Position numbers and translations under genes: made by a program. 64,000 nt of DNA from Neoechinorhynchus agilis (Eukaryota > Animalia > Acanthocephala), in contig CM121341.1 of assembly GCA_051530055.1 (NCBI GenBank), forward strand, positions 8,906,784-8,970,783. Direction: 5' to 3'. Shown one piece after another: positions 49,779 through 64,000 of the stretch; within the stretch, counting starts at the first letter, position 1; each line of letters opens with the position of its first letter. The notes beneath the pieces were generated by a model. That model saw only the letters and a program-made list of their open reading frames with translations. It searched no databases and was not told the DNA's origin.

Positions 49779-51604
49779 TCATCTCGAATCAAATACTTTG
49801 AATCGCAAAATCATTCCGATCACTGAACACACGGTCTGAATACTTATCATTAGAACAGTTAAATCGCGTTCCTTCATTGGTCCTCGTTTGTGGAGTAAAT
49901 AATTCAGAATAGTAAAATTGCTCACAAGCATTGTATCGTCGTTTTCGCATACTCTTACAAATCCAAGTTTCTCAAAGGTTCTTACGATTTTTATTGCGGT
50001 CTTAGAATCGTTTTTGTTTAATGTAATCGTTGAGAAATCGATCATGTCCGTATCTGGATCATAGCTAAGACTCACAAGTTTTTTCAAAGCCAAACCATTA
50101 AAAAACGTACCGCGGTAATCGATGTCGAGGGCACGGTACAAGGCGTAATAATTGTGGTAATGATACGGTGAAATTAAATATCTGAGGCATAAAGAAAAGA
50201 AGCATCGTCTTTCCGAAATGACCAAGGATTCCGACCACAGCGAACAACATTCCAGAGAAGTAACAGAACGTATCTCCGACGAATACTCGAGACGGATACC
50301 TGTGGTTTATAATGCAATTAAGCCGAAGAATCGCCTTTTTTGACTTACCAATTTAAGAACAAAACAGGGAGAGTGACAAAGATGTATGGAATTACAAGAT
50401 AAGCGGAAAAAAGATGCGATTTATGATTGGGTCCTTAAAGTTTTTAGAAACTCAGGAAAAAGAGAGGAGCTTACCATTGCATTCTATAGCGTTGAATACC
50501 AACACGGACGCCGCTATTACCAGCGACTGACTCGCTTCAACTCCGTTTATTCCCGATAGAATATTGATTGAGTTAGTGCAGAAAATCGCCAATGATCCCA
50601 TGTATAAATAGTAGTAGACACCTAAAACGATTGATATATAGATTTTTTCGGCTTTTCATACCAAGGTCAATGGATGTATCTTTAAGACCGACTGCATCGC
50701 AGAAAAATCGCGGTAGAGACATCTCCGTAGCGTTGTTATAATTCACAAAGTATACGACGAGCAAAGGAAGGGACGCGAGTGCCGGTAGGAGAAGTTTGTC
50801 TCGCCATCGGATGTTGAATACATCGTCGCAGAAGCCAAGGAGAGTCATTGAGCAGATTGCAAGGAGCCCGGATAGATATTGAACAAGCTAAATTGTTCGG
50901 ATTAAACGAGAGAAAAAGAAATATTGCAGCCTCCGACGCAATCTTCTTCTGATTGGTTGCGCATAAGTTTAATTGATTCCAAAACGCGGAAGTGATTTCA
51001 ACGATTTAATCAAAATTAAACATTGTTAGTTGAGATTAGACTCAAACAGGAATTTCAACTTGATGAGTTAAAAAAGAATTGCGAATGAAAAAAAAGATAA
51101 TCGCGGTTTAATTGGGCCATCAAACGCTTTTATCTAATTCACGATGAGCCCTAAAGTCCTACTGAAAATAGGAAATCTGCTGTTATAAAATATTCAAGAT
51201 CTTCGAAAAAACCATGATTCTACTTGGTAAGTTAAAATCTATGAAGAATTTGAATAAAACAACAATCTCCGGAGCACTTACGTCTCGCCTTAGTTTTCCA
51301 TTTGATTGATGTGTTGAAGCGTAAAATGCGATTGGAATAAAAGTGAACGTTGCGATCAGGAAAACGGTCGCTGCGAGTACTCCAACGCCCTCTGGACTAT
51401 TTTGTCTTTAAAATATCAATAGATTTTAAAAAATTCAGACACTCACATTTTCTTCTTTGGATCTCGTTTGCACATATCGATTCCACATAATCCAACTTGG
51501 ATGAATGCTCGATCACTTGATTTTATTAGTTTGTAGGTCACAAACGATGCTCCAATCGATAATACGAGATTCGCCTTAAGAGCAAAAGAGTCGCCGTTAT
51601 CCAT
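49779..51604 (-). CDS. DPAGT1: UDP-GlcNAc:dolichol-P GlcNAc-1-P transferase, multi-exon
   Basis: [62 protein letters not shown] and [15 protein letters not shown]. Confidence 0.95.
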
Positions 51605-51920
51605 GAAAATTGAGGATCAAAGAGAGCCGCAAAATCCATTAAAGCCACCTAAGACGTTCTTTCGAATCACGTTGAGTTTTTGGAGGGTACAGTGAAAAAT
51701 TAAAGGAGTTTTCGTTAAATCCAATTGATTTCAGAAACTTTTGTGACTTTATCGAGGTTGCTTGTAAGTTTTTAAAATGCCACAACATTGGGCCGAAATA
51801 TCGGATTTAATAAAATTCCTCAACTCGTCTGTGCAAAAGATTATCTCTCAAAAACTTACGTCCAAAACATATAAAAATCTTTGCGATCTATAAGGTACCG
51901 CTGGGTTTTTTCTGACTTTT

Positions 51921-52878
51921 ATAAACTTTACCGCGGGTGAAAATAGACCACTTCTTCTTCTAATCACACATAATAAATCTTCTCGATTTAACATAAAAAT
52001 ATCAATGTAAATCGAAACGAGCGTTAAATTGCATCCATGAAACCGCCTTTTAAAATATTCGGTGACATCGGAGTTTAACTAATATCTTTTTTTCTTCATC
52101 TAATAAAATCCATTTAGTAAAAAATATTGAAGTTGAAAACGTTTTCGTTAAAATTGCGCTTTTGCTGATCATGGGGCCGCTTTAACTTTAAAGTTCCTTA
52201 AAGATTTCAAGTTAGAAACCTTATATAAAAAGATTATTTAAAAAAATGAACCCGACGAGACTCGCAGAACGTCTTTAATAAACTCTTTACCGCGGGTGAA
52301 AATAGACCACTTCTTCTTCTAATCACACATAATAAATCTTCTCGATTTAACATAAAAATATCAATGTAAATCGAAACGAGCGTTAAATTGCATCCATGAA
52401 ACCGCCTTTTAAAATATTCGGTGACATCGGAGTTTAACTAATATCTTTTTTTCTTCATCTAATAAAATCCATTTAGTAAAAAATATTGAAGTTGAAAACG
52501 TTTTCGTTAAAATTGCGCTTTTGCTGATCATGGGGCCGCTTTAACTTTAAAGTTCCTTAAAGATTTCAAGTTAGAAACCTTATATAAAAAGATTATTTAA
52601 AAAAATGAACCCGACGAGACTCGCAGAACGTCTTTAATAAACTCTTTACCGCGGGTGAAAATAGACCACTTCTTCTTCTAATCACACATAATAAATCTTC
52701 TCGATTTAACATAAAAATATCAATGTAAATCGAAACGAGCGTTAAATTGCATCCATGAAACCGCCTTTTAAAATATTCGGTGACATCGGAGTTTAACTAA
52801 TATCTTTTTTTCTTCATCTAATAAAATCCATTTAGTAAAAAATATTGAAGTTGAAAACGTTTTCGTTAAAATTGCGCT
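51921..52878. repeat. 359-bp AT-rich tandem repeat (~2.7 identical units)
   Basis: accgcgggtgaaaatagacc at 51930, 52289 and 52648. Confidence 0.95.
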
Positions 52879-54686
52879 GATTTTAGAACTGATGATGTAC
52901 CCACGGTGAGGTTCGTAAAAAACGTCTTTAATCGAAATGATCATTTACCGCGGGTGTGGACTTCTAAACAATAATTCAAATCACATTCCCCTCAACCTCA
53001 CATATCGACAATTTATGTTTCCCTTTGACTGAAATTATTATCAACTTAAATATCATTTTTTGTGATTGGCCAATTACCTCACCTGGTCGTGGATTACATT
53101 TCCTAATGGTAAATATTCTTTAAAGAAATTTTTTCACAAATGACGATGTTCATTTTCAGTTTGCATTCTCGGTGACAAATCGACATCAGTCGCCGAATAT
53201 ATCAGTTTCCTCTTTTTCCTCGCTGCTTCATTGTAAAGTGATGTCAACTTTTGCTTTCCGCATTTGAGCATTTTTATAGATACGCAAAAAGTCTCACATT
53301 TGATGCAGTTAAAAAATATTAATTTTTTTTCATAATTCATGGACAATTGAACTATCGTTCTTTAAGGCAGTGTTAAAATATGAAAGTCAATGTGTGCTCT
53401 TTATTGTTGGAATAAACAATATGAACAAAAAATTGTCCTTTGTTTCCCGTTTAAATCAGCTGGTAGAAGTGTTTTCTGGTTATTTGTTCAAAAATGTTTT
53501 ATTTTGATTATTTAGAAAAATAACAAACTGCAACTGTTCAATTTTTTAAGAATTAGCTTTGTAGATTTTGTTAGTTTTCTTCTTAACTTCTCTAATACTA
53601 ACCTCGAACTAAAAAAGTTCGATTGTAAATAGGATCTAAAGATTTAAAATCTGAAATTAATCCATCCTCTTTCAAAAATTGAAATCAAAGCATAAGTTGT
53701 GTTATCACACATCTTCCCACTTTATAATTTTCAAATTAATTAAATAATCCAATAGAACGTCGTGGATTCAGCATTCGCGGCTTAGGGTTTAATTCGAATC
53801 TTTACTCACGATTTTTCCATAAAAAATGAACACCTCGAATTATCAACAAAATACACCCATACGCACTGCTAAAATGTTTTAAAGAATATGAACACAAAAA
53901 GAAAGATCTAATTTTTTTAACATATCCGCAAAAAAATCCATAGAATTTATTCGAAATTCAGTGAGAAAAACGTCGTGACATGATTCTAGTTCAAATGTTC
54001 AAAGCACTACCTTGAGTTGGAGATGAATTTACCGGAAATGTAGATTAGTGCGTTTTGTCATTCGATTTACACCTCCGACTATGCACACCAGAATGGTTTT
54101 AATGCTCAATATGCAGAAACTTATCGAATTCTAAAAGTGAGAAAAAATACATTCAATAGAATTGTTTAATGTATTTTAATTTTTATATAACCCCATTTTG
54201 CCAGTTGATTTTGAGCTCGAACACCTTTTCACTTTAAATTTTACAGCTATGAATGAAAGTCTTTTTTTGTAAATTTTAAATATTGGTCTTTAGATGCAAA
54301 ACCGTTATTCGCACTTTTCAGCCACGTTGTGACAAAAAATAATCAACAACTCAGTCGTACCTGAATAAATGGAATGTTTTAAACTCTTGAATCGATAATA
54401 TTTATACTTGAAAAAAGTTCCAATAAACCATTTTTTTGATTTCTACGTTTTTCAACTTTCAAATTTATTTCTATGTATAGTCGGGTTGTAGCCAAGATCT
54501 CTTAATAATGATGAGCATTTGTGTCTGTAAGCTCATTTTTTCCTTCCACAGGACTAATGAATCTTTAATTTTCCCAGGATATTGCTAATTTGAGCGTCTT
54601 ATGAGAAATCCCCAATGTGACGTTTATTTGAAAGATTTATCCTTCTTTACTGACTTCCTAAGAGTCTTTATTTCAGACATATAGGA

Positions 54687-57600
54687 ATGAGTCTCATAAA
54701 GACGCAGATTGTGAAAATCCTTTCAAAGTAAGTTAATGGCCATTAAAAAACATCCAATCTGTCAATGTTGAATAAAATAGATTTCTAAAAAACGTTTCAT
54801 CTGAACAGATAGATTTGAGTGTATTTAAAGGAAGATGCGAACTGAGCAATGTGGATCTCGACGAAAAGATTGTGAGTATCGTGCTCGGATTACCTTGTTG
54901 GCTTACAATCGAAGCAGCAAAATGCAGCAAAGTCAGAGTCGACGTAAGTAAACCTTTTAAAATTCGTTCATTTGAACTTTTCTAGCTAGATTCCATGGAT
55001 GCACATAAGGTCATCGCCAATGATAGTGGTAAATTTATCTCCTGGCTATTTGTTTTAAATCTCTTAATCGACAAATACAGACCCTTTGTCGAGTTGAAGT
55101 GAACATTGAAACCAGTACTTACAAGAGTAACTCTGAAGTCGATCAACGGACGGCAAAAGCTGCTACCGATGCACTGAGGTTTGTGTTTTACTAGTTATTA
55201 TGTTGTAGATTCTTATTTGTCTCTCACCTTTCAGCTTAATGTCGGGTGCCGGTGGATATGGACTACCTCAAAAGATAGTTGAAAACGCGAGGGTTATAAT
55301 AGACAACCTAATCGTATCCTACAAATCATCGCTTCTTAAGATGAGAACAGAAGTCTGATTTTGGTTGATTATCTAAACTTTGTTAATCGAGAACTACTTT
55401 CTTAGATACCCAGCTTTGTATCTGAAAGCTGCATGCCAACTGGACTTGATCTACCAACCGACAGTATATCGTTATCAAGAGTCCAGAACAGTAAAAAGGG
55501 CGAAACGCTCATATTTAAGCGAGGATATAGTCCGGTTATGAAACTTGAATCATTTGCCAATGACGGAAGTGACAGAACACTTCTAAAACTTATTGCTAAT
55601 ACTGTCGAAATGTATACGATTATTAAGCGACAGACTGATAGTAAGTGTATTTAGTTGAAATATACAGGCGTTGCTTTTGAAAGCATCGTTTCTTCAAACT
55701 ACCGTTTAATTTTCATTTTCCTATATTTTCGATTTGTGCCATTAAGCTTCCGATCGATACACCTTCACGCACGATTTTGTAAACATCAAGATAATAAAAA
55801 ATCGACGCTGGTACAATTTTGGCTTTGGTAACAAATCGAATTAGCATATTGATCGCCCTGTTTCCATATTGTCAACATCCGTTATTTTAATACTCCCTCC
55901 ACACTAGCCGGACAGTTGTTAGGCATAAAAATGTCAGTGAAAATCGGTCAATTCCTGACTGTAGTTAGCAGTCATCAACTGAAGGCTTCACTGGCATCAA
56001 TTGTCGAAGTAATGGATCTTATGTTTAAATCGTTCCAGGATACTCAAAGCACAATGCAGTCTACTCCTTTACCTGCAGTCGGATTCCTGTACCGCAGCGA
56101 TGATGATCGAACAAACATCATTGAGACAGGACTAAAACATAAAAAGTCCGATAAATTCTCTTTTGGCTACAACGACATCTTTGAAACTTCTTTCCATTTG
56201 TCATTGGAGAAAATTGATCTTCATATGATCAGTGATGAATTACCAAAGCGTTTGTAGTCGCTTTATTCTTAACGCATCGCGAATTCGCTTAAACGATTAG
56301 TTGAAAAGATCTTACCGGACGCCAGTGTTCTATTGACAATTGAAGACATTAAAATTGACCATTATCCCTGTCATAGAAGAGGTATATTGTAATCACAATT
56401 ATTCTCTCAACTCCATTTCGATGGAACGTAGGAGCACCTCGACCAAGCCGTGCTGAATCAGCTGAAATTGCTTACCATCCTTTCAATCAACAGCGGTTGA
56501 AGTGGTCAGAACAGATACTCGTTGAGGAACGAGTCTCGACTCACTCACTCATTGAGTATTCGATTTATATTTCTGTTGAAACCATCAGAATCGGGAATCT
56601 GGTGGATGGAAAGTTGCGGTCAAAAACATCCATTAATGAAGCTCCTGTGCTCGAAACAGGGAGTGCTAGTTTCGGTGCAATGCCTTGCCTTGAAGTCGAC
56701 TTTACTTACATTACAACTAAGGCAGCTATGAATGCTGCCTTAAAACATAATCAGAATGACGGTCAGTGCCTTGTGTAGAAATAGAGCCATTAATCAACTC
56801 ACTTGAATGCTTCTTAAAACATCAAATTTCTATCGTAAACTGGTTATCTATGCTTGACTGCTGGGATAATTTAGTTTCTAGACTCTTTTGATGACCGGTA
56901 CTCTTTGCATTTCTAGAGTAACTTAAATGGCAGTAATCCGTATCTTTTTTTTCAATTGCTTCAATTTTGCGCCCTTTTTTTAGTGTAATTATAATTAAGC
57001 ATTTTTAATAACTTAGGTTTGGTTAAATATCCTCAGGTACCAACCTTGATGATAAATTGTTCCCGGCAATGGAAAGTATATTTCTGCGAAAACAGTCTTC
57101 AATGGATTACCGGCTTCTTAATGTCGAGCATTCCTGATCAAATAGTAAGCGATCCTTTTCAGCAAATTACCAAAAGCCTGTTAGTCGTAGTTTGATTTGT
57201 TCACTCAATGGTCCATTCTGACTGAAGGTGTTACTCAATCTTCAAATTTCCCTTACACGTGTCTTAAAACTCAAATATTCGAGGTTTGATTCGGTATTGA
57301 GAGCGGCATAAACATAACTGGATTCTAGATTGTTTTTCCGAACAGTGTCGATAACGCTAATGAAAGCTGTTTATATCTTTCGTTTTGTGGAATTGAGTTG
57401 TCAAATTGTCTTATGCGCAACAAGATTCCTGAAACCGTATTTGTGGAAGTCGAAAGCGAACAGTTTGCATTGTGGAATATCTCTATTCATCATACGCAAC
57501 TGCATTACCATCAATTACAGAGTAACAAGGATTGGCTTGTCTGGCCTTGTCCGGTGATATTGACTGTCAGGATTCCCGTGTTTGGATCGGTCAGTGTACC

Positions 57601-58786
57601 GAATGCGTTCGGTGAGTCAATCATTGAAATCAAAGTAAGCGCGTATTTTGTCAATGATTTGGAGAGGCCTCAAGTGCCGTATTCTATCATCCAGTCGGCC
57701 GAGCAGTACAATTCCATGATACACTTAAAAGGCAGCGGTACCAAATCTGGGAAGCGAGAAAAACGATTCCACAAAAATTTTGTAATTACTCTTTTTCTGA
57801 TGAGTGGAGAAAGTCCGAAATTCTTATTACGTATTCTAAGTTGGAGCCGCTGTAACAGTCAATCAAATGATCGCTATGGGAATGAAGCTATACGAACAAG
57901 AGGCAGCATCAACAGACTCTGCTGCTCAGATCTTCCACAGTTGCAGGATAACGATCGATGCCAATATTCACTCTTACGTGTTGGTATTTAGGAACGAAAA
58001 TGCACTTACCACTTCGGATCAATACGCTCTTACCATCAAATCTATTAAAGCACTGCTCGAGTTTAACCAAAAGAGCTTCTGTTCGCCTTCCGGTGACCAC
58101 GTATCGGGATTTTTTCTGCATTCCGACCTTAAATTCAAATCATGCCGAAGTGAACCGTACCGAACATTGGACGAAATCGTAAAACGAACGGAAAATCCAG
58201 AGAGTCAAAATGAACCCATAACTGATCCGTCTTGTATAATGGTAAAGTACTCATATGACCCATTAATCTTGACAATTAACTCCGAAGAATACGGTCATAT
58301 TCTTGTTTCTATAATTAAGCTTACCGTCCAAGTCCATTACGGACTTTTGTTTTTCGCCTCATCTCTGTTCGCAACTGAAACAAACTCGTCTTCAGCGCAA
58401 ATTTTCAAAATTCCTATCCGCTTAAACATTGCAGAAGTCAAATTCACTTTAATGGATGATGTGAGCTGGTTTTTTGTGAATGACTTATTCGCCCGTATTT
58501 TTAGTTCGGAAACCCGTGGCCAATTGATTTTCGAGGTGTCTCGCTTATCCGCAAAACGAGATTAAATTCAATTCAGAAGGTTGCGACTGACGCCACTACC
58601 GCCGTTACATTATCCGGATTTCGATGGACGAGATCACTGAGTGATAGTGTGTTGGTGAGAACTACACGAGATGAGTCAATTCTGCAACAACGTACGGGAA
58701 GCCTCGAATACACGAATCTCGTGAAGGAAAACGAACGGTTGAAATTGGAAATTGAGCTACTTAGACAGAAAGTACGGCGGTCTTAG
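54687..58786 (+). CDS. BLTP3: Bridge-like lipid transfer protein 3 (UHRF1BP1-like, chorein-N), multi-exon
   Basis: MSLIKTQIVKILSK|FLKNVSSEQIDLSVFKGRCELSNVDLDE..LGLPCWL matches the UHRF1BP1 N-terminus; C-terminal coiled coil KENERLKLEIELLRQK*. Internal exons are approximate. Confidence 0.85.
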
Positions 58787-58929
58787 ATATAAACGAAAAT
58801 GACACTCTGCAAAACACTCGATTGTTTAAATTAATAACGAACATGTAATATTGGCCAAAAATAGCATTTTTATCCAATATCGAACGTTCGATCTTTTTTC
58901 GGTTGTACACTATCACACCACAAAAATTG

Positions 58930-60450
58930 CGCGTAGTGCTCTTTCTCGGTTAGCCGACCGGCTGTCTGGAGAGTATTTGAATCCCGTTGCAAAAGACCTA
59001 TTTTTCAGAGCATCATTATGTGCCCTCACAAAAAAGAAGATGGGATTGGTCCCATCGCCGTATCTTCGACGATACGCCGACTTGCAGGAAAAATTCTATG
59101 CAAACGTATTACAGAGAAAACCGGGCAGCAACTTCGTCCAGTCCAACTGGGCTGCTGCACATCCTGCGGAGCGGAAGAAATTGTCCACACGCTCCGCAAC
59201 TTTACTACGAGGAGTTCAGAGCCGTGCGTGATTCTTAAGTGTGATTTTCAGAATGCCTATAACTCTCTCAATAGAGAAAGTATGTTCTGCGCAATTAGGG
59301 ATCAAGCACCAGAAGCCTTCCAGTATTTTCTCAATGCCTACGGGACGGCGACTCCTTTGCATTTCGAAGACCACCTCATTTGGTCCGAAAGAGGAATGCG
59401 GCAAGGAGATCCTCTCGGTCCAATCGCATTCTCCCTAACAGTAAATCCAATAGAGCACTCTTTCCATTCCAGCTTCAACGCTTGGTACTTGGATGACGCT
59501 ACGCTCGGAGGTGATCCCTTCGTTGTACTGCGCGATTTAGAGACGCTGATTAGGGAGACCTTGATAATGGACGTTGAACTCAATGCTAGAAAGTGTGAGC
59601 TCCTAGTAAAAAAATATCGAAGATGCCGTCAAAGTCAAGGAGCTAATGGATAGGTTCGAGGCCGTAGCTCCAGGTCTGAAACTCGTGACTCCAGAGCAAC
59701 GCAGCCTCCTGGGTAGTAGCGTCTTTGATTCAAATGTGGAAGCTGAGATCGGCCGAATCATACCGAAACGTTCGTTGCTGTGCGATAGGGTGAGCACCCT
59801 CTCGGCTCGTGAAGCGTTATTTCTGATAAAAAACGCACTTTTTATTCCTCAAACACAAGGAAGGATTGGCTAAGCTGGACGATAAGGTGAGGGCTTGTCT
59901 CGAGCGTATTTTAAATGTCCAGCTCTCAGATGAGGCGTGGCGACAGCTGAAAGTCAGGAGGAAGATTCTCACGCCATTCTGAAATCAATAGCATAATTTC
60001 TCCGGCGTTGAGAACGGCGAACTTCCCCAACATCTTGGAACCCGCCCATCTTTGTCGACTAGACGGTTGTCGACCTGACGGAGTTTCGGTCTTTCCGTGG
60101 CGGGAGGGCAAATGCCTTCTCTGGGACGCCACGTGTGTGGACACCCTCGCAGCCAGCAACATCCGCTACTCCCTCGAAATCGCTGGAGGTTCAGCCAGTT
60201 CAGCGGAAGGGAGAACGGTACGAAAATATAGGGATTTAGCAAGGGCGAAATATTTTGTCCCCTTCGGAGTAGAGACGTATGGAACGCTTGGCAGCTCGGC
60301 ACTCACTCTGCTTAAGAATCTTTCGAAGAAATTGAGAGAAACGACCGGCGACGCACGAATCTCGCTTGCAGTACAACGAGGCAATGCTGCTAGCGTGATA
60401 GCGACAGCCGAGGAAGGAGAGAAGCTCCAATTTTGCGGACGGTGGTGATT
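58930..60450 (+). mobile_element. CRE-clade non-LTR retrotransposon copy D, internally deleted
   Basis: PIAVSSTIRRLAGK, LKCDFQNAYNSL, GMRQGDPLGP, AWYLDDATLGG, RPDG, WDATC, FVPFGVETYG and SLAVQRGNAAS. Confidence 0.9.
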
Positions 60451-60705
60451 GCATAGTTGATATTGGAATGTATAATAAAACTTATGACTCTTAAATTCTA
60501 TGGAAGCCTATAGAATCAAGAACAATTCTTTAAGTAATTGTTAACTGGCAAAATGAGTTCGACAGATTTTAATTTTTTAATCGCAATTGCTTCTGTTTTA
60601 TCTGATTTTGATAAAACCATAAATTTCATTATTCTCACTGGGTTTCTCGCTCAGTAAAAAAGAGAGGATATACATTTGATAAGTTTTGATTCATTTACTC
60701 ACAAA

Positions 60706-63092
60706 TCAGTCTCTTCGCCATACTTGATCAGGAGGAGTATAAATTCTCACTAATTCATCGGTCTTGTCAGTGAAACGATAAGCTTTAATACCCGTCGACT
60801 TGTACGGTAAATGTATTGTAGTGCCGTTAATTCTTAGCCAATCAAGAAACTCGGCATGATCATCCACGTCGAAAAGATCAAAATCTTCTATCAATTGGAG
60901 TTGGTCGTATGTGAGTACCATCGAAGTTCGATCTTTAGCACTTTTACAGCCAATAAATAAAATTCCGTCAATCTGGCGAATAATTGACATCGCCAAATGG
61001 AGAATTGAACCATCCTTTATGACATACGGGGCAGAACTTAGCGATTTCAATCGTTCGAGATCATTGTGAATGTCATTCGGTAGTTTCGATCCTAGTCTGT
61101 GGTTCAGGTAGTCTTCGATTTCCTTAATTGAACTATCATTGATTTCTTGCTCAAGTATAGGCGTCCCGGTCTTCTTGGCTTCGATTTCAGCTCTTTGGGC
61201 ATTCAAATTGATTCCAACATTAAAGAAGAATGGAACCACGAAGAACTGGTTGTGAAACAGGTCTTTTTCCGTAGGAAATAATTTTTCAAATACTTCCTTT
61301 CTTTTAAAAAGGTATTCTTTTTTTAATAAATTCGGTTTTAGAACCTGTGACGAAATTAAAAGCACGGGATTTGCGAAATAGAACAATTTTTTAGAAATCC
61401 TTCCAAAAAGAATCCTTTTTCTATTTCGATTTCCAATTCGATTCGAGAATCATGAAGTGACGTAGTCGTAAGGAGGTTCATCGCCATACACCGCATTCCA
61501 CCAACAAGGCGACTTTTAGTCTTTACCAATGGCGCAAAATGAATTTCGATTCGTTTTAAGCGATCCAGAATATTTTTAAATTGATTAACAATACCCTTTT
61601 CCTCTCCAAAACAACTCAGTGCATAGCAGAAAGCGATTGGAATATCCGGGTACTTACAAATGCTCTCAGCATCCAAATCGCTTCGATTGAAGTGATCATA
61701 AAGAGCACCGATTACACCACCAAATATCTGACAGTGCAACAGAGCGTATCTCAAATACTTTGATCGATTTTGGATCAAGGAAGTCTGAAGTTCGGCGATT
61801 CGCTGAAAGCATAGATTGTAGCTCTCACGATTAGAAACATAAGTTAACCTCATTGCACTTGATACATCGGAGTATAAAGTCTTCAGTGTGTCCAATTGGT
61901 TATCTTGAACAGAACTTGAACCGCGGTTTTCGTCCATGATTGCGCACATTTGGGTAAGTGTCGTATTAACGTCATTTAGAGAATCATTCGCTGAGAGTAG
62001 GGAGCGATCGGCATCTCGATAGAGATCGACTACCTCAAAGGCTGAGCGATTTCGTCCTGCAAGCACTTGGGTCAAATGATTAACACCAAAAGCAACCAGG
62101 AAAAATGCAAAAGATGAGCCGGAGAGTCGATCATTTCGATGACGTCCGCGGAATAGCGGTTTTTTGGGAAATTTCCGTTTCAGAAATGATCCAAGAAAAA
62201 AGACGGATCTTTAAACATCCAAGGGAAAGCTAGCAGTTCTTCTAAATGGCGATCCTTTGAAATTTCCACCAAAAAGCCTATTTCCCACCTTACGGAAAAT
62301 CAATCAGCCTTATACTCGCGCCCATCTCCTTTTACAATACCGCAACCCATCGGCTAAAACGGCGTATTGCCTTCCCTTAAGTCTAGAAACTCTTTGCAAT
62401 TCGTCTTTAACTTTTAGATCGAACGTAGATTGAACATCCAGTCCAATAATCCAAATTCCAGCAAGAATTATGTACTCATTCCAGCACTCAGTGCTACAAT
62501 CACCATCTCCGTCGTCGCCATCTTCATCGAGATTTCGATCGTTTCCACCGACGATTTTTCGAGTCAGACCTGCACTTGCATTAGGTGCGCCCATTGTGTA
62601 ATATTTATAGATCTTAGATTTCTGGAACTTGATCAATTCCAATTGATGAATATGAAAATTAATTGGCAAAAACGAGGTGTCCTCGTGATACTTTTCGACA
62701 CTTGGTCTAAAAAATGATTCATTTCGGCACATCTTCCACGCCTTGGCCATCCATTTTTGTTCTAATAGCTTCAATCGCGACATCATGTGAGTGAATTTCT
62801 GAATATTTCGACCAGCCGAATCGACGTTTTTCTCAAAAATCAAAATCTGCTTCATTCCCCGCATAAAAGAACATACCTCTTCAAACTCACGGGCGTACAT
62901 TTTCGCCAGAGTCGATGCAGCCCAAACCGAAACGGGGGACTCGGAGAGATTCTGTATCACTTTACAGTTTTCCTTTAGCAACAATCGCCCGCTAAAATCA
63001 GCGGATTTATCGTCGATCTCGAACTCCAGCTTTCGCACATCGTTTTCTATAAAAAAATCGGGAAATGTAAAATGGCTTGCAGGACTCTTCAT
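60706..63092 (-). CDS. INPP4: Inositol polyphosphate 4-phosphatase, multi-exon
   Basis: Catalytic CKSAKDRT, FNVGIN and FLPINFHIH..YTMGAP motifs. Confidence 0.9.
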
Positions 63093-64000
63093 CGGTGTCT
63101 AGAATTGAGATCAACAAAAAATAACTCACGGCAACGCGCTCCACAAAAGTACGTAGTGTGACGTTAGTTTTCAAAAACTCATGTAGCGGATTTTTAAGTG
63201 TGCCGGGGACTCGGAGTGTAGGGATTATCTTTGAAGGGATGTGTGAGATAAGAGAAAACTACCACAACGATAAATTATTTTCACAAGTGCGTTCCCATTG
63301 ATGTGGTGGATGCGTCAAAGAGAGATCTGTCATAAATGAGTCAAACGATCGTGAGAAACATCAAAAATGAGCATTCAATGAAAAAAAAACGGATAAAAAT
63401 AGTTGGATCTATATTTTCGAAAGAAGAAGCTTCGCCGAACATCGAGTATTGCGAAATTTACATTTCAATCATCGAGAGGAAATCGTTCGGAATGCTAGCG
63501 AGGTGATCATAATCAACTCAAGGATAAGATATATTTCATTGAAGCGAGGCTCTTTTAGACCATCGCTGTATTTGTGGAATTTCTGTGGTCATTTTAAAGG
63601 ACAAGTTTTATTCCTGATTGTTCTTATCGTTCCTTTGACAACATTTTTCTCTGCAAATGGAAATATCACTCATACCTTGATTTGACGATGTGGAATTGTA
63701 TTTCCCAGGAAGCCGCGTTTTAGTTATTTTGTTCCAAAAAGTCGTCCAGTAATTTCCAAGAAGGCGTTTGCTAATTTCAGGTCAATTTCGCCTCTTTGAA
63801 TAAAAACTAAAAATCTGTAAAAATAACAACATTAAACGTGAGCGATTGCTCGTTAAGCGAGCAGTTTAGAAAGATAAAATTCTGGCAATACGCAGATTGC
63901 GGCCCATGGTCTCCAAAACGTCGCAAACTTGGAAATGAAACATGAGGCTTCCTTCTCGCTAAATATCTAAATATTTTCTATCCGACAGAGGAATTATGAC

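Noticed and set aside
49779-50060. [14 protein letters not shown] looked like an antizyme C-terminus (second paralogue)
   Set aside because: It is the last exon of DPAGT1: it splices in frame after PCPRHRLPR through a 46-nt intron and continues into the NxT..N.LL..GP..ER motif.
61340-61510. Frame change in INPP4 as a frameshift or non-canonical intron
   Set aside because: A canonical phase-0 GT donor near 61506 with the CAG acceptor near 61344 can restore the frame, so nothing unusual is required.

Overview
Eukaryotic, very probably animal, DNA from a compact AT-rich genome with short (about 41-55 nt) GT-AG introns. No rRNA, no true tRNA and no CRISPR array were found. Recognisable genes: SRP19, a PCH2/TRIP13-like AAA+ ATPase, a DMAC1-like gene, PRKCSH (glucosidase II beta), Golgi alpha-mannosidase II, a C2H2 zinc-finger gene, ornithine decarboxylase antizyme (+1 frameshift site TCC-TGA), pyruvate dehydrogenase phosphatase, DPAGT1, BLTP3/UHRF1BP1 and INPP4. 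There are also damaged fragments (SLC22-like, SZRD1-like, DNAAF1, centrin, Arp3) and two orphan secreted-protein candidates. Retroelements are abundant: several CRE-clade RLE non-LTR copies, Penelope-like elements, CR1/L2-like LINE relics and a Gypsy relic. The most striking signal is a set of self-cleaving-ribozyme sequences. (1) A 382-bp tandem array with a tRNA-derived Pol III head carries a hammerhead whose three strands are in a non-circularly-permuted order. (2) Minimal hammerheads sit in both inverted pLTRs of a Penelope element. (3) A twister-derived mini-retroposon starts at the predicted cleavage site and is flanked by a 17-bp target-site duplication. (4) Hammerhead-core remnants occur in small palindromic repeats. 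An unidentified ~205-nt structured repeat with compensatory changes occurs twice. Gene spacing and acceptor-like AGs next to start codons suggest operons and SL trans-splicing. All protein and RNA family assignments are by eye from remembered motifs; no database search was run.
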